Shown here in pieces: positions 54,957 through 63,776 of a stretch of DNA of 64,000 nt. Positions within the stretch are counted from its first letter, which is position 1. Every line of letters begins with the position of its first letter. Source of the DNA: Nitrospirota bacterium (GTDB taxonomy: Bacteria; Nitrospirota; Nitrospiria; Nitrospirales; NS-4); assembly GCA_004298335.1 (NCBI GenBank), contig SCTG01000009.1, forward strand, positions 12,134-76,133, given 5' to 3'. A program made the translations under genes and the position numbers. The notes beneath the pieces were generated by a model. It saw only the letters and a list, made by a program, of their open reading frames with translations. It did not search any database and was not told the origin of the DNA.

Positions 54957-55535
54957 TCAGGCGCTGCCGCCCCCGGCCCTCATCCCAAGAATCTGCCAGT
55001 AGAAATTGGCGATGACGAGCAGGACAGGGAAACGGAGCAGGTCGCCCTCCGATAACGGCTCGGTGCGGCCGCCCAGCACGTACCAGACGATCCCGTAGCC
55101 CAGGCAGAGGCCGAGCGAGAGCGCGAATTGCGCATTCACGGACGGCGCGTACAGAGAGATCGGGATGAGCAGGAAGAGGGCGATGTACAGGCCCGGGTCT
55201 TCCAGCCCCGCCAGGTAGAACACGTTGGCGCAGAGGGCCGTGTCGCCCAGGACGACGGCCCACACGACCAGACGCGTCCTCCACAGATGATGCGGAATCA
55301 CCATCACGACGAGCACGATCGACAGCAGTCCCGCCACGACGAACTCCAGGATCTCCACGGCGAACGCGCTGCTGCGGGTGAAGAGCAGCAGGTAGCTCAG
55401 GGCGATCGTCAGCAGCACCTGCTGCATCGAGAACGTGGAGGCGGTGCCGATGGTGCGCGGCTTGGACGCCGGACTCGCGGGGGGAGCTTCGGGAACGGGG
55501 ACGGGCTGAACGGATTCTCCGTCGGGTGGTACCAT
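54957..55535 (-). CDS. Stand-alone polytopic membrane protein, paralogue of the TM module of 50465..51664
   Basis: Start trimmed to ATG 55535 (AGGAGG RBS). MQQVLLTIALSYLLLF / LGDTALCANVFYL..LYIALFLLIPISLYAPS / LLRFPVLLVIANFY align with the sensor's N-terminal region. Confidence 0.55.
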   Translation of the reverse strand: MVPPDGESVQPVPVPEAPPASPASKPRTIGTASTFSMQQVLLTIALSYLLLFTRSSAFAVEILEFVVAGLLSIVLVVMVIPHHLWRTRLVVWAVVLGDTALCANVFYLAGLEDPGLYIALFLLIPISLYAPSVNAQFALSLGLCLGYGIVWYVLGGRTEPLSEGDLLRFPVLLVIANFYWQILGMRAGGGSA

Positions 55536-55660
55536 GCCTGTACCTCCTAGGATGCAGGGCCGCAGTAGGGGCCGGTTGTACGCAGACCAGAAGAAGCTAT
55601 AAGAAAGCGGCGTACGAGTCAAGCTTTAGAGGAAACCCGTGTGGGGCGGACGAAGGCAGG

Positions 55661-57082
55661 CTACCCGCCGAAGAGATGGTGGAAGAGGAAGCCCAGGGTC
55701 ATGGCGAGCAGTATGGTCGCCGGCAGCGTGGTCACCCACGCGACAAGGATGTTCCGAACCATATCCCGCTGCAGGCTGCCGCCGGCGGCCACCATCGCGC
55801 CGGCGACCCCCGATGACAGCACGTGCGTGGTGCTGACGGGAACGCCGGCAAAATCGCTGAGGCCGATGGTCCCCACGGCCACGAGCTGCGCCGACGCTCC
55901 CTGCGTCGGATTGAGCGGGGTGCTGCCGATTCGCTCGCCGATCGTTTTGACGATCCGCTGCCAGCCGATGACGGTGCCGAGACCCAGGCAGACCGCCGAA
56001 AAGAACATGACCCACGTCGCCGCATGGTCCACGAGCGCGCCGAGCGCCTGCCGGTCGGCCTGAATCTCCGCCCGCTGCGCCGTCGACAGCGCATCGGTTT
56101 GGGCCAGCCGGCCCGCCTCGCGCTTCAATTCCAGGATGTCGGCCCGCAACGCGAGGCGCTTGGCGGCGGGAACCTCGGCGAGCGTCCGGACGGACGAAAG
56201 CTCAACTGCCGCCTGCCGGGCGGCGGCCCGCGTCGGTTCGGAGAGACCCCTCCCGCCTTGATCGTCATGCGGCACGCGCTCCAGCGCGGCGGGCAGACGC
56301 TGCGCCGCGAGCGCGGCGCGTTGCACCGCGTCGTGGCCAAGCGTAGGGCTGAAGGCAAAGATCGCGGGGAACATCCCGATGAGCACCAACATGAGCAGCC
56401 CGATGCTCTTCTGCCCGTCGTTGGAGCCGTGGACAAAGCTCACCCCGGCGCAGGAGGCGATGAGCAGGGCGCGCATCCAGGAGGGCGGCGGCACGGCGCC
56501 GGCGGCCGCCGGCGGGGCGGACGAATCCGGCAGGAAGCGGCGGGCCGCCGTGAACAGCAGCATCGAGAGGCCGCCGCCCAAAAGCGGCGAGAGCAGCAGG
56601 GCCGCGATGACCTCCGCCGCCTTCCCCCAGTTGACGTCGTTCGCAAAGTCGGCGCCCGTCAGAACCGTATGCGCGATCCCGACCCCGATGATGGAGCCGA
56701 TCAGCGTGTGGGACGTGGACACCGGCAGGCCCAGGAACCACGTGCCGAAATTCCAGATGACGGTGGCGAGCAGTAGCGCGAGCAGTAGCGCCACCTCGGC
56801 GGTCGTGTCAATGCCGGCGACGACGCCGACCGGCAGGAGGTTCACCAGCGCGAACGCGATCGCGCTGCCGCCCAGCAACACGCCGAGAAAGTTTCCCACC
56901 CCCGCGAGGAACACCGCCGGCAGGGCCGGCATGGATTTCGTGTAAATCACCGTGGCCACCGCGGTGGCGGTGTCATGGAAGCCGTTGATGACCTCCGAAA
57001 ATGCGACGAGCAAAAAGCAGACGACGAGGATCTCGAGGGTGAGAGTGGCGAAGCTTTCCATCGGCCCTAAGCGGTATTGCAT
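55661..57082 (-). CDS. Inorganic phosphate transporter, PiT family
   Basis: 473 aa. Duplicated PiT signatures GFHDTATAVAT and GSNDGQKSIG flank a large cytoplasmic loop. Confidence 0.9.
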   Translation of the reverse strand: MQYRLGPMESFATLTLEILVVCFLLVAFSEVINGFHDTATAVATVIYTKSMPALPAVFLAGVGNFLGVLLGGSAIAFALVNLLPVGVVAGIDTTAEVALLLALLLATVIWNFGTWFLGLPVSTSHTLIGSIIGVGIAHTVLTGADFANDVNWGKAAEVIAALLLSPLLGGGLSMLLFTAARRFLPDSSAPPAAAGAVPPPSWMRALLIASCAGVSFVHGSNDGQKSIGLLMLVLIGMFPAIFAFSPTLGHDAVQRAALAAQRLPAALERVPHDDQGGRGLSEPTRAAARQAAVELSSVRTLAEVPAAKRLALRADILELKREAGRLAQTDALSTAQRAEIQADRQALGALVDHAATWVMFFSAVCLGLGTVIGWQRIVKTIGERIGSTPLNPTQGASAQLVAVGTIGLSDFAGVPVSTTHVLSSGVAGAMVAAGGSLQRDMVRNILVAWVTTLPATILLAMTLGFLFHHLFGG

Positions 57083-57127
57083 ATCCGAACGCTTTTGATC
57101 GAAGCGTTCGGTCCAGCAAGCTCGGAG

Positions 57128-57203
<76 letters not shown>

Positions 57204-57234
57204 ACCAGGAAGGATGCTTGACCGGAGTGGCGGT

Positions 57235-57310
57235 TGGTGCGCCTGACAGGATTTGAACCTGTGGCCCTCAGCTCCGGAGGCTGATGCTCTATCCACTGAG
57301 CTACAGGCGC
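57235..57310 (-). tRNA. tRNA-Arg (anticodon CCG)
   Basis: 76 nt on the minus strand: GCGCCTG...CAGGCGC acceptor, anticodon arm TCAGC-CTCCGGA-GCTGA, T-arm ACAGG-TTCAAAT-CCTGT, encoded CCA. Confidence 0.85.
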
Positions 57311-57375
57311 GTCCGCCAAGCCAGGGCGAAAGGGACCTTAGCACACCGCGTCGCGCGCTGTCTAGGCTGGCGGAG

Positions 57376-57963
57376 TCAGCTCGGCTGCGGGCTGGGCGTG
57401 GGCGCCGCGGTTTCGGGATCGTCGTCGAGCGGCGGCATTTCAAAGATCAATTCGCCCTCTCCATTATAGAAGCCCTGCCCGTCGATCTGGACCATCCCGT
57501 CGCAGTTCTCCTGGAAGAACTGGAGCACCCACCCGTTGAAATCATAGCCCTCGTCCGTGATGTCGTTCTTGTCCAGGATCGTGGCGATGAAGAACCGGCA
57601 GGCGTGCAGCTGGTCCGCCACGCGCCAGTTGTCGAGCTCGCGATGCGCTTCCACGAAGTTGAGGAGGCCCGCGATGTCCTGCTGGAAGACGTCGTCCTGG
57701 GCGCCGCCTTTCCGGAGGCAAGTCAGCACGATCGGCGTCCGGTCCTTGTCGTAGCCCACCTCCACGCCTACCCAGTTCCAACTGTTCAGCAGCGTCTCGT
57801 TGATCTCCGTGGGAAGGAGCGGCGTGGCGCCCCGCGCCTTGAGGAACTCGATGAGCAGCCCGAGGGGGGGCGGCTCTTTCCGCAGGCAGAAGACCCGCGT
57901 GAAGAACAGCTTCGGCTCCTTTTTCTGGGAGCCCGTGATGGTGATGACGGGAATTTCAGCCAT
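57376..57963 (-). CDS. Hypothetical cytoplasmic protein with an acidic/Pro-rich tail
   Basis: 195-aa ORF with GC3-rich codons, divergent from putA. No motif I recognise. C-terminus PPLDDDPETAAPTPSPQPS. Confidence 0.5.
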   Translation of the reverse strand: MAEIPVITITGSQKKEPKLFFTRVFCLRKEPPPLGLLIEFLKARGATPLLPTEINETLLNSWNWVGVEVGYDKDRTPIVLTCLRKGGAQDDVFQQDIAGLLNFVEAHRELDNWRVADQLHACRFFIATILDKNDITDEGYDFNGWVLQFFQENCDGMVQIDGQGFYNGEGELIFEMPPLDDDPETAAPTPSPQPS

Positions 57964-58068
57964 GGCCGTAATCTAGCCTACCCTTGTGACCCAATTCAAG
58001 GCCGGACCCGCCGATGTATAATTGAGAAAGGGTCGCTGCAGGCGGGGCCCCTGCACGCGGAGGATTCC

Positions 58069-61047
58069 ATGGCGGACCGGCTGGCCACAGACGCCGACAT
58101 CCGGCGGCATGCCGAACGGCTGTACGCGGGCGCCGCGGCGACCCACCCGCGCCTGTTCGACCGCAAGTGGTGGACCGGCCGGCTGCTCGAGTGGGCCATC
58201 CGCGACGACGCCTTCAAGGTCCAACTCTTCCGTTTCATCGACGTGCTGCCCACCTTAAAGACGCCGGCGCAGGTCACACGGCTCGCGGACGAGTATTTCC
58301 GCCAGGAGGCCGGCCCGCGGGACGCCGGCGGGCGCGCGCTCGTGCGCTGGGGCATGCGGGCGCTCTCGTCGGCCGGGTTCGGCGCCGGCGTGACGGCCGA
58401 CACGATCTACGCCCAGGCGATCCAAATGGCGAACCAGTTCATCGTGGGCGCGGAGATGAAGGCGGCGCTGCCGGTCATGGCCGCGCTCTGGACGCGCGGC
58501 CTCGCCCATTCCGTGGATCTCCTGGGCGAAGCGCCGGTCTGTGAACCGGAATGCGACACCTACGCGGCCCGTTATGCCGAAGCCATCACGGCGATGGCGG
58601 ACGCGGCCCGCGAGTGGCGCCCCACGCCTATGCTGGAAGCCGATCACCTGGGCGCGCTCCCCCGCGCGCAGGTCTCCATCAAGCTCTCGGCACTGGACTC
58701 GCAGTTCGACCCGATCGATCCGGACGGCCGCTACGAGGCCGTGGCGAAGCGGCTGCGCCCCCTGATGCGGACCGCCCTGCAGAGGGGGGTCGCCGTCACG
58801 TTCGACATGGAACAGTACGCCTGGAAGGATCTGACGCTCGGGTGCGTCCGCCGCCTGCTTATGGAAGACGAGTTCCGCGATTACGCCCATGCGAGCCTGG
58901 CACTCCAGGCCTACCTCAAGGACACCGAACGCGACGTGCGCGAGCTGATCGCCTGGGCCAGGACGCGCGGCCGGCCCGTGGGGATCCGCCTGGTCAAGGG
59001 CGCCTATTGGGACTACGAAACCATCCTCCACCGGCAGCAGGGCTGGCCCGTGCCGGTCTTCTCCCACAAGGCCGACACCGACGCCTGTTACGAACGGCTT
59101 ATCCCGCTGCTGCTGGAGCATGCCGCGGTGATCCGCCCCGCCTTCGGCACGCACAACCTGCGCCACGTCGCGATGGCCCTTGCCGAAGCCGAGCGGCGGA
59201 ACCTGCCCGCACAGGCCGTGGAGCTCCAGATGCTGTACGGCATGGCGGAGCCCCTGCAGGCGGCCGTCGCGGACGCGGGCTGTCGCCTGCGGGTGTACGC
59301 GCCGGTCGGCGATCTGCTTCCGGGCATGGCCTATCTGGTCAGACGTCTGCTGGAAAACACCGCCAACGAATCGATCCTGCGCAGACAGTTTCTGGGCGAC
59401 CAGAACCTCGATGAATTGCTCCGGCCGCCTACCCCCACGCCTTCGCCGCCGCGCAAGGACCGGGGTCTTCATTTTGCCAACGAACCGCACACGGACTTCT
59501 CGCGCGCGGAGTCCCGCCGGACGATGGCCGCCGCGATCGCGGCCTTCAAGGAACGCCTCGGCAAGGGGCCACGCACGATCGAGCTGGCCTTCCCCGCTGC
59601 TCCCGGCGGCGTGCGTTCGACGCTCACCTCCCGCAACCCCGCGCGCCCCGGCGAGGTGATTGGCCTCGTGACCGCCGCCGCGCCCGAGGACGTGGACCAG
59701 GCGGTCGCCCGCGCCGGGGCCGCAGGCAGGACGTGGGCCGCCATGCCGCCGCGGGACCGTATGGCCGTGCTCTCCACCTGCGCGGGCGTGCTGCGGCGGC
59801 GACGGTTCGAGCTGGCGGCGCTGGAAATATTCGAAGCGGGCAAGGGCTGGCGCGAGGCCGACGCCGACGTGGCCGAAGCCATCGACTTCCTGGAATACTA
59901 CGGCCGGCACATGCGCCGGCTCATGCACCCGCTGCGCCTGGGGCATGAGCCGGGCGAGCTGAATCACCTGGTCTACCGGCCCCGCGGCGTCGCGGCGGTC
60001 CTCTCGCCCTGGAACTTTCCGCTCGCCATCCCGACGGGCATGACGGCGGCGGCGCTGGTCACGGGGAACGCCGTGGTGTTCAAGCCCTCGGAGCGCGCGC
60101 CGGCCACCGGCCATGCGCTGGTGGACGCCTTCCGCGAGGCCGGGCTCCCCGACGGCGTCCTGCAATTCCTGCCCGGCCTGCCGGACGTCGGGCGCCGCCT
60201 CGTCGCCCATCCCGACGTGCCCCTCATCGCCTTCACCGGCTCAAAGGCCGTCGGCCTGCAAATCATCGCCGAGGCCGCGCAGGTCAGGCCGGGGCAGCGG
60301 GAAGTGAAGAAGGTCGTCGCGGAGATGGGCGGCAAGAACGCGATCATCGTGGACGACACGGCCGACCTCGACGAGGCGGTCGCCGGCGTGACGGCCTCGT
60401 TCCTCGGGTATCAGGGCCAGAAGTGCTCCGCCTGCTCGCGCGTGATCGTCCTGGACGCGATCCATGACGTGTTCGTCGAGCGGCTCGTGGAAGCCGCCCG
60501 GAGCGTGCGGATGGGCCCGCCCGAGGAGCCGGGCGCGGGGCTCGGGCCGCTGATCGACGAACGGGCGGTGCAGAACGTGCTCGCGTACCTCGCCCTCGCC
60601 GGCCAGGAAGGGACGCCCGTCCTGCTGCCGGACCTCGACAAGCGGCCGGGGCCGAACTTCGTCGGGCCAGCGATCGTCACCGGCATCCGCCCGGAGCATC
60701 GCCTGGCGCGCGAAGAGATCTTTGGGCCGGTGTTGGCGGTGCTCCGGGCCCGGGACTTCGACGAGGCGCTGACCATGGCCGACGCGTCGGACTACGCGCT
60801 GACCGGCGGCCTGTACTCCCGCAGTCCCCGCCACATCGCCCGGGCCCGCGAGGGGTTCCCGGTCGGCAACCTGTACATCAACCGGGGGATCACCGGCGCG
60901 TTCGTGGGCCGGCAGCCGTTCGGCGGCGGCCGGCTCTCGGGCATCGGCGCCAAGGCGGGCGGGCCCGACTACCTGCTGCAATTCGTCACGGCGTGCGTGG
61001 TCACGGAGAACCAGCTGCGACGAGGGTTCTCGCCCGACATTTCTTGA
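58069..61047 (+). CDS. putA: Bifunctional proline dehydrogenase / L-glutamate-gamma-semialdehyde dehydrogenase
   Basis: The track ORF (57253..) runs through two tRNA genes, so it was trimmed to ATG 58069 (GGAGGA RBS). PRODH barrel (...VDLLGE..., ...YGMAE...) plus ALDH motifs FTGS, EMGGKNA and the QKCSACSR catalytic Cys. Confidence 0.9.
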   Translation: MADRLATDADIRRHAERLYAGAAATHPRLFDRKWWTGRLLEWAIRDDAFKVQLFRFIDVLPTLKTPAQVTRLADEYFRQEAGPRDAGGRALVRWGMRALSSAGFGAGVTADTIYAQAIQMANQFIVGAEMKAALPVMAALWTRGLAHSVDLLGEAPVCEPECDTYAARYAEAITAMADAAREWRPTPMLEADHLGALPRAQVSIKLSALDSQFDPIDPDGRYEAVAKRLRPLMRTALQRGVAVTFDMEQYAWKDLTLGCVRRLLMEDEFRDYAHASLALQAYLKDTERDVRELIAWARTRGRPVGIRLVKGAYWDYETILHRQQGWPVPVFSHKADTDACYERLIPLLLEHAAVIRPAFGTHNLRHVAMALAEAERRNLPAQAVELQMLYGMAEPLQAAVADAGCRLRVYAPVGDLLPGMAYLVRRLLENTANESILRRQFLGDQNLDELLRPPTPTPSPPRKDRGLHFANEPHTDFSRAESRRTMAAAIAAFKERLGKGPRTIELAFPAAPGGVRSTLTSRNPARPGEVIGLVTAAAPEDVDQAVARAGAAGRTWAAMPPRDRMAVLSTCAGVLRRRRFELAALEIFEAGKGWREADADVAEAIDFLEYYGRHMRRLMHPLRLGHEPGELNHLVYRPRGVAAVLSPWNFPLAIPTGMTAAALVTGNAVVFKPSERAPATGHALVDAFREAGLPDGVLQFLPGLPDVGRRLVAHPDVPLIAFTGSKAVGLQIIAEAAQVRPGQREVKKVVAEMGGKNAIIVDDTADLDEAVAGVTASFLGYQGQKCSACSRVIVLDAIHDVFVERLVEAARSVRMGPPEEPGAGLGPLIDERAVQNVLAYLALAGQEGTPVLLPDLDKRPGPNFVGPAIVTGIRPEHRLAREEIFGPVLAVLRARDFDEALTMADASDYALTGGLYSRSPRHIARAREGFPVGNLYINRGITGAFVGRQPFGGGRLSGIGAKAGGPDYLLQFVTACVVTENQLRRGFSPDIS

Positions 61048-61078
61048 TTCACGGGCCCCGCCCCGCTATGCTCCCGCC

Positions 61079-61402
61079 ATGAGAGCCTCCGCGCTGATTC
61101 TGGGCTGCCTCGTCCTCGCCGCCTGCGCCACCGCTCCGCAATACGATGCGACCTGGACATGGGACTCGCCGGTCTTCGACGAGGAGGCGGTGCTGGGCCA
61201 GGCGGGCCTGCTCTCGGCGCAGAAGGACACGCTCTACACGTCGATCTGGACGCTGGGCGGCGGCGCGTTCCAGCGCCGCCAGGAGCACCATCTGCGCGAG
61301 CAGCACGAACTGTGGGTGCGGCGGCAGGTGGAGTTGGGCAAGATGACGGTCGAGGAAGCGCGGGGGCGGATCCGGGACTACGTGCCGGCGAGAGATCGCT
61401 GA
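61079..61402 (+). CDS. Small lipoprotein (hypothetical)
   Basis: Signal with lipobox LAAC (MRASALILGCLVLAACA). 107 aa. No family recognised. Confidence 0.5.
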   Translation: MRASALILGCLVLAACATAPQYDATWTWDSPVFDEEAVLGQAGLLSAQKDTLYTSIWTLGGGAFQRRQEHHLREQHELWVRRQVELGKMTVEEARGRIRDYVPARDR

Positions 61403-61515
61403 CCGATTTTTTTCGAAAAATAAAGTTGCGAGGAAAAAAATCTGTGTTATAGTTCGATTTCAGTGAAGGGTTCGACGTCAACCACCGCACATCAACCAGG
61501 AGGTGATCCGTATCG

Positions 61516-61959
61516 ATGAGTCCACTAGCCAACGCCGAAGGTGCGATCTTGCCAACGACGGCCCCAATTTCCGCTCCCGCAGGCTCGACGGACGAGTTGA
61601 TCGGGGACGGGAAAGCTTGGGGCCTCTCCACTTCAGTTGATCTTCAGGACTGTAGGCCCGAGACCATCCGGGACCGCGACCATATCGAGGCCTACGTCAT
61701 CGCGCTCTGCAACCTGATCGGGATGAAACGGTACGGTGACTGCCAGGTCGTCCATTTCGGAGATGGGCGGGTGGCGGGCTATTCGATGATCCAACTCATC
61801 GAGACGTCCCTGATCAGCGGACACTTCGCCAATGACACCAACCGGGCCTACCTCGACATTTTCAGCTGCAAGGGCTACGACCCGGTCGTGGTGGAGGAGT
61901 TCTCCCGGAAGTTTTTCGGAGCGCGCAGCAGCACCCTCTCCATGACCCTGCGGCACTAA
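61516..61959 (+). CDS. S-adenosylmethionine decarboxylase-related (pyruvoyl-type AdoMet_dc fold) protein
   Basis: GGAGG RBS. The core GLSTSVDLQDC...VHFGDGRVAGYSMIQLIETSLISGHFANDTNRAYLDIFSCK parallels the small SpeH/SpeD proenzymes (..AESHISIHTWPE....DVFTCG). Confidence 0.6.
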   Translation: MSPLANAEGAILPTTAPISAPAGSTDELIGDGKAWGLSTSVDLQDCRPETIRDRDHIEAYVIALCNLIGMKRYGDCQVVHFGDGRVAGYSMIQLIETSLISGHFANDTNRAYLDIFSCKGYDPVVVEEFSRKFFGARSSTLSMTLRH

Positions 61960-61964
61960 CGAGG

Positions 61965-61989
61965 ACCGGGCCGGGGCCGGCCCGGTTTC
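61965..61989. terminator. Bidirectional terminator-like hairpin between convergent genes
   Basis: accgggcc-ggggcc-ggcccggt followed by ttt. It lies between the stops at 61959 (+) and 61991 (-). Confidence 0.45.
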
Positions 61990-61990
61990 G

Positions 61991-63022
61991 CTAGACCGCC
62001 AGGGCATTCACCACATCAATGAGCTGCCGAAGACCGCCGGCGCTGCGCCGGTGGTACGGCACGACCAGCCGGGGAAGCGCGAGGAGCTCGGGCTCGTCCG
62101 CTTCTTCCGGCAGAGCCGGGCGTTGCTCGATTTTGCCGTCCGGGCAGAGGTGCGCGAACCTGAGGTTGAGGTCGTCCACCTGCACGGGCGTCAGCGGATG
62201 CCGCAGGCGGAGCACGAGCCGGGCCTTCACAAACCGGCTGGAATGATAGTTGCGGTAAAACCCGTCGATCTCCGCCACGGCGGCCTCGGCCGAATCCACG
62301 ATCCGGAAAAGCCCCAAGTCCTCCGGTGAGATCAGGTTCAGGGCCAGCATGTCTTCCCGCACGAAACGCTCCCACCGTTTCCAATAGCCGCCGCCCGGCA
62401 GGTCCACAAGAACGACGGGATGGGGATTGTTCTTGCCTGTCTGCAGCAGGGTCAGAATTTCGAAGACTTCGTCGTGCGTCCCGAAACCTCCGGGAAACGC
62501 CACGCTGGCGTGCGACTCCCTGGCGAAAAACAGCTTGCGCGTGAAGAAGTACTTGAAGTGGATGAGCTTGGGATCGTCTGCGATCGCCGCGTTGGGCTCC
62601 TGCTCGAAGGGCAGCAGGATGTTCACGCCGAAGCTGTTCGCCCGCCCGGCTCCCTCGTTCGCCGCCCGCATGATCCCCTCGCCGGCACCCGTGATGACCA
62701 TGTAGCCGCGCTCCGCGACGAGCCGGGCGAACCGGCGCGCCAGATCATACACGGGGTTGTCCGCGGGCATCCGCGCGGACCCGAAAATGGCGACTTTCCG
62801 CCGGTCCCTGTAGGGCTGGAAGGCCCGGAACGCGTAGCGCATCTCCCGCAGGCTGCGGTGCAGGATCTTGAAATCGAGCATGTCCAGCCGCGACTCGTTC
62901 AGCCGGAGGGCCGACCCCAGCAGATCCTTGAGCAGCGCGGCCTGCGGGTCCGCGTCAGGCAGCGCCAGCAGGGCCTCGAACTGCCGTCGAAACTGGTCGT
63001 CCTGAACGGGTGGCTTCGCCAT
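61991..63022 (-). CDS. LOG-family (TIGR00730-type) nucleotide phosphoribohydrolase with an N-terminal extension
   Basis: VAIFGSARMP, VITGAGEGIMRAANEGA and PGGFGTHDEVFEILTLLQTGK motifs. 343 aa, compared with about 190 aa for minimal LOG proteins. Confidence 0.8.
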   Translation of the reverse strand: MAKPPVQDDQFRRQFEALLALPDADPQAALLKDLLGSALRLNESRLDMLDFKILHRSLREMRYAFRAFQPYRDRRKVAIFGSARMPADNPVYDLARRFARLVAERGYMVITGAGEGIMRAANEGAGRANSFGVNILLPFEQEPNAAIADDPKLIHFKYFFTRKLFFARESHASVAFPGGFGTHDEVFEILTLLQTGKNNPHPVVLVDLPGGGYWKRWERFVREDMLALNLISPEDLGLFRIVDSAEAAVAEIDGFYRNYHSSRFVKARLVLRLRHPLTPVQVDDLNLRFAHLCPDGKIEQRPALPEEADEPELLALPRLVVPYHRRSAGGLRQLIDVVNALAV

Positions 63023-63043
63023 GGCGCGGCCCCGCTACAACCC

Positions 63044-63658
63044 TTACCGCTTCGGTTTGAGCCCTCGACCCGACACGGTCACGTCCCCGAGGAACCGGCT
63101 CAGGCTCTCCGCCAGGGCCTCATTGTTCAGCTTCTCCAGGTCGGTGAGGCAGAAACAGAACACCTGCCTGGTCGCGTCGCCTGCCACCGTTGCGCGGACC
63201 GCGCTGCCGTCGCTCGTGTTGGACGCCCGGATCGCCAGCCGGTTCTTGGAGAGCAGTTCGGAGCGGAAGAACCGGCCCACGGCCTCGTTCCAGTACGCCT
63301 CGATCTGGCCCGTGAGCACGACGTCGGCCGCGCCCGCGGCTGCGGCCGACTGCACGCGGGTCACCTGGAAGCCCGCGCGCGTCAGGTAGGCCGCCGCAAA
63401 CGCCGTAACCTGCTCCGCCGCCGATCCCGGCTCGGGGACCAGCTTGTCCACCCTCGTCTCCACGTAATGCTGGTGGCGCCCGATCGCACCCTTGTCGGAC
63501 CGCAGGTCCTCGAAGGGAACCACCGCCACCCGCAGCGCCTGCGGCGCCTTCTCCGGCGCCTGGACTGCCTCCGCCGAAGCCGAAAACTTGAGCGTCTCGC
63601 CGGGCCCGCCGCAGCCCGCGAGCGCCAGCACCAGCACCGCCGCCACCACCGTCAACAT
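63044..63658 (-). CDS. Lipoprotein (hypothetical)
   Basis: Start trimmed to ATG 63658. MLTVVAAVLVLALAGC lipobox. No recognised family. Confidence 0.55.
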   Translation of the reverse strand: MLTVVAAVLVLALAGCGGPGETLKFSASAEAVQAPEKAPQALRVAVVPFEDLRSDKGAIGRHQHYVETRVDKLVPEPGSAAEQVTAFAAAYLTRAGFQVTRVQSAAAAGAADVVLTGQIEAYWNEAVGRFFRSELLSKNRLAIRASNTSDGSAVRATVAGDATRQVFCFCLTDLEKLNNEALAESLSRFLGDVTVSGRGLKPKR

Positions 63659-63776
63659 TCGTTCCTTCACGACCGCATCCCCCCTCGATAAAAAGTTAAT
63701 GCCCAGGGCACGCCACATGAAACACTAATCAGCTTAGCCGATCAAAAAAGTCGGCGCAAGCGCCCGTAGGGGTAGG

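Noticed and set aside
57253-58068. The 5' 272 codons of the 1264-aa ORF that contains putA.
   Set aside because: This extension runs through the tRNA-Arg gene and antisense to the 195-aa gene. PutA homology begins at ATG 58069, which has a GGAGGA RBS.
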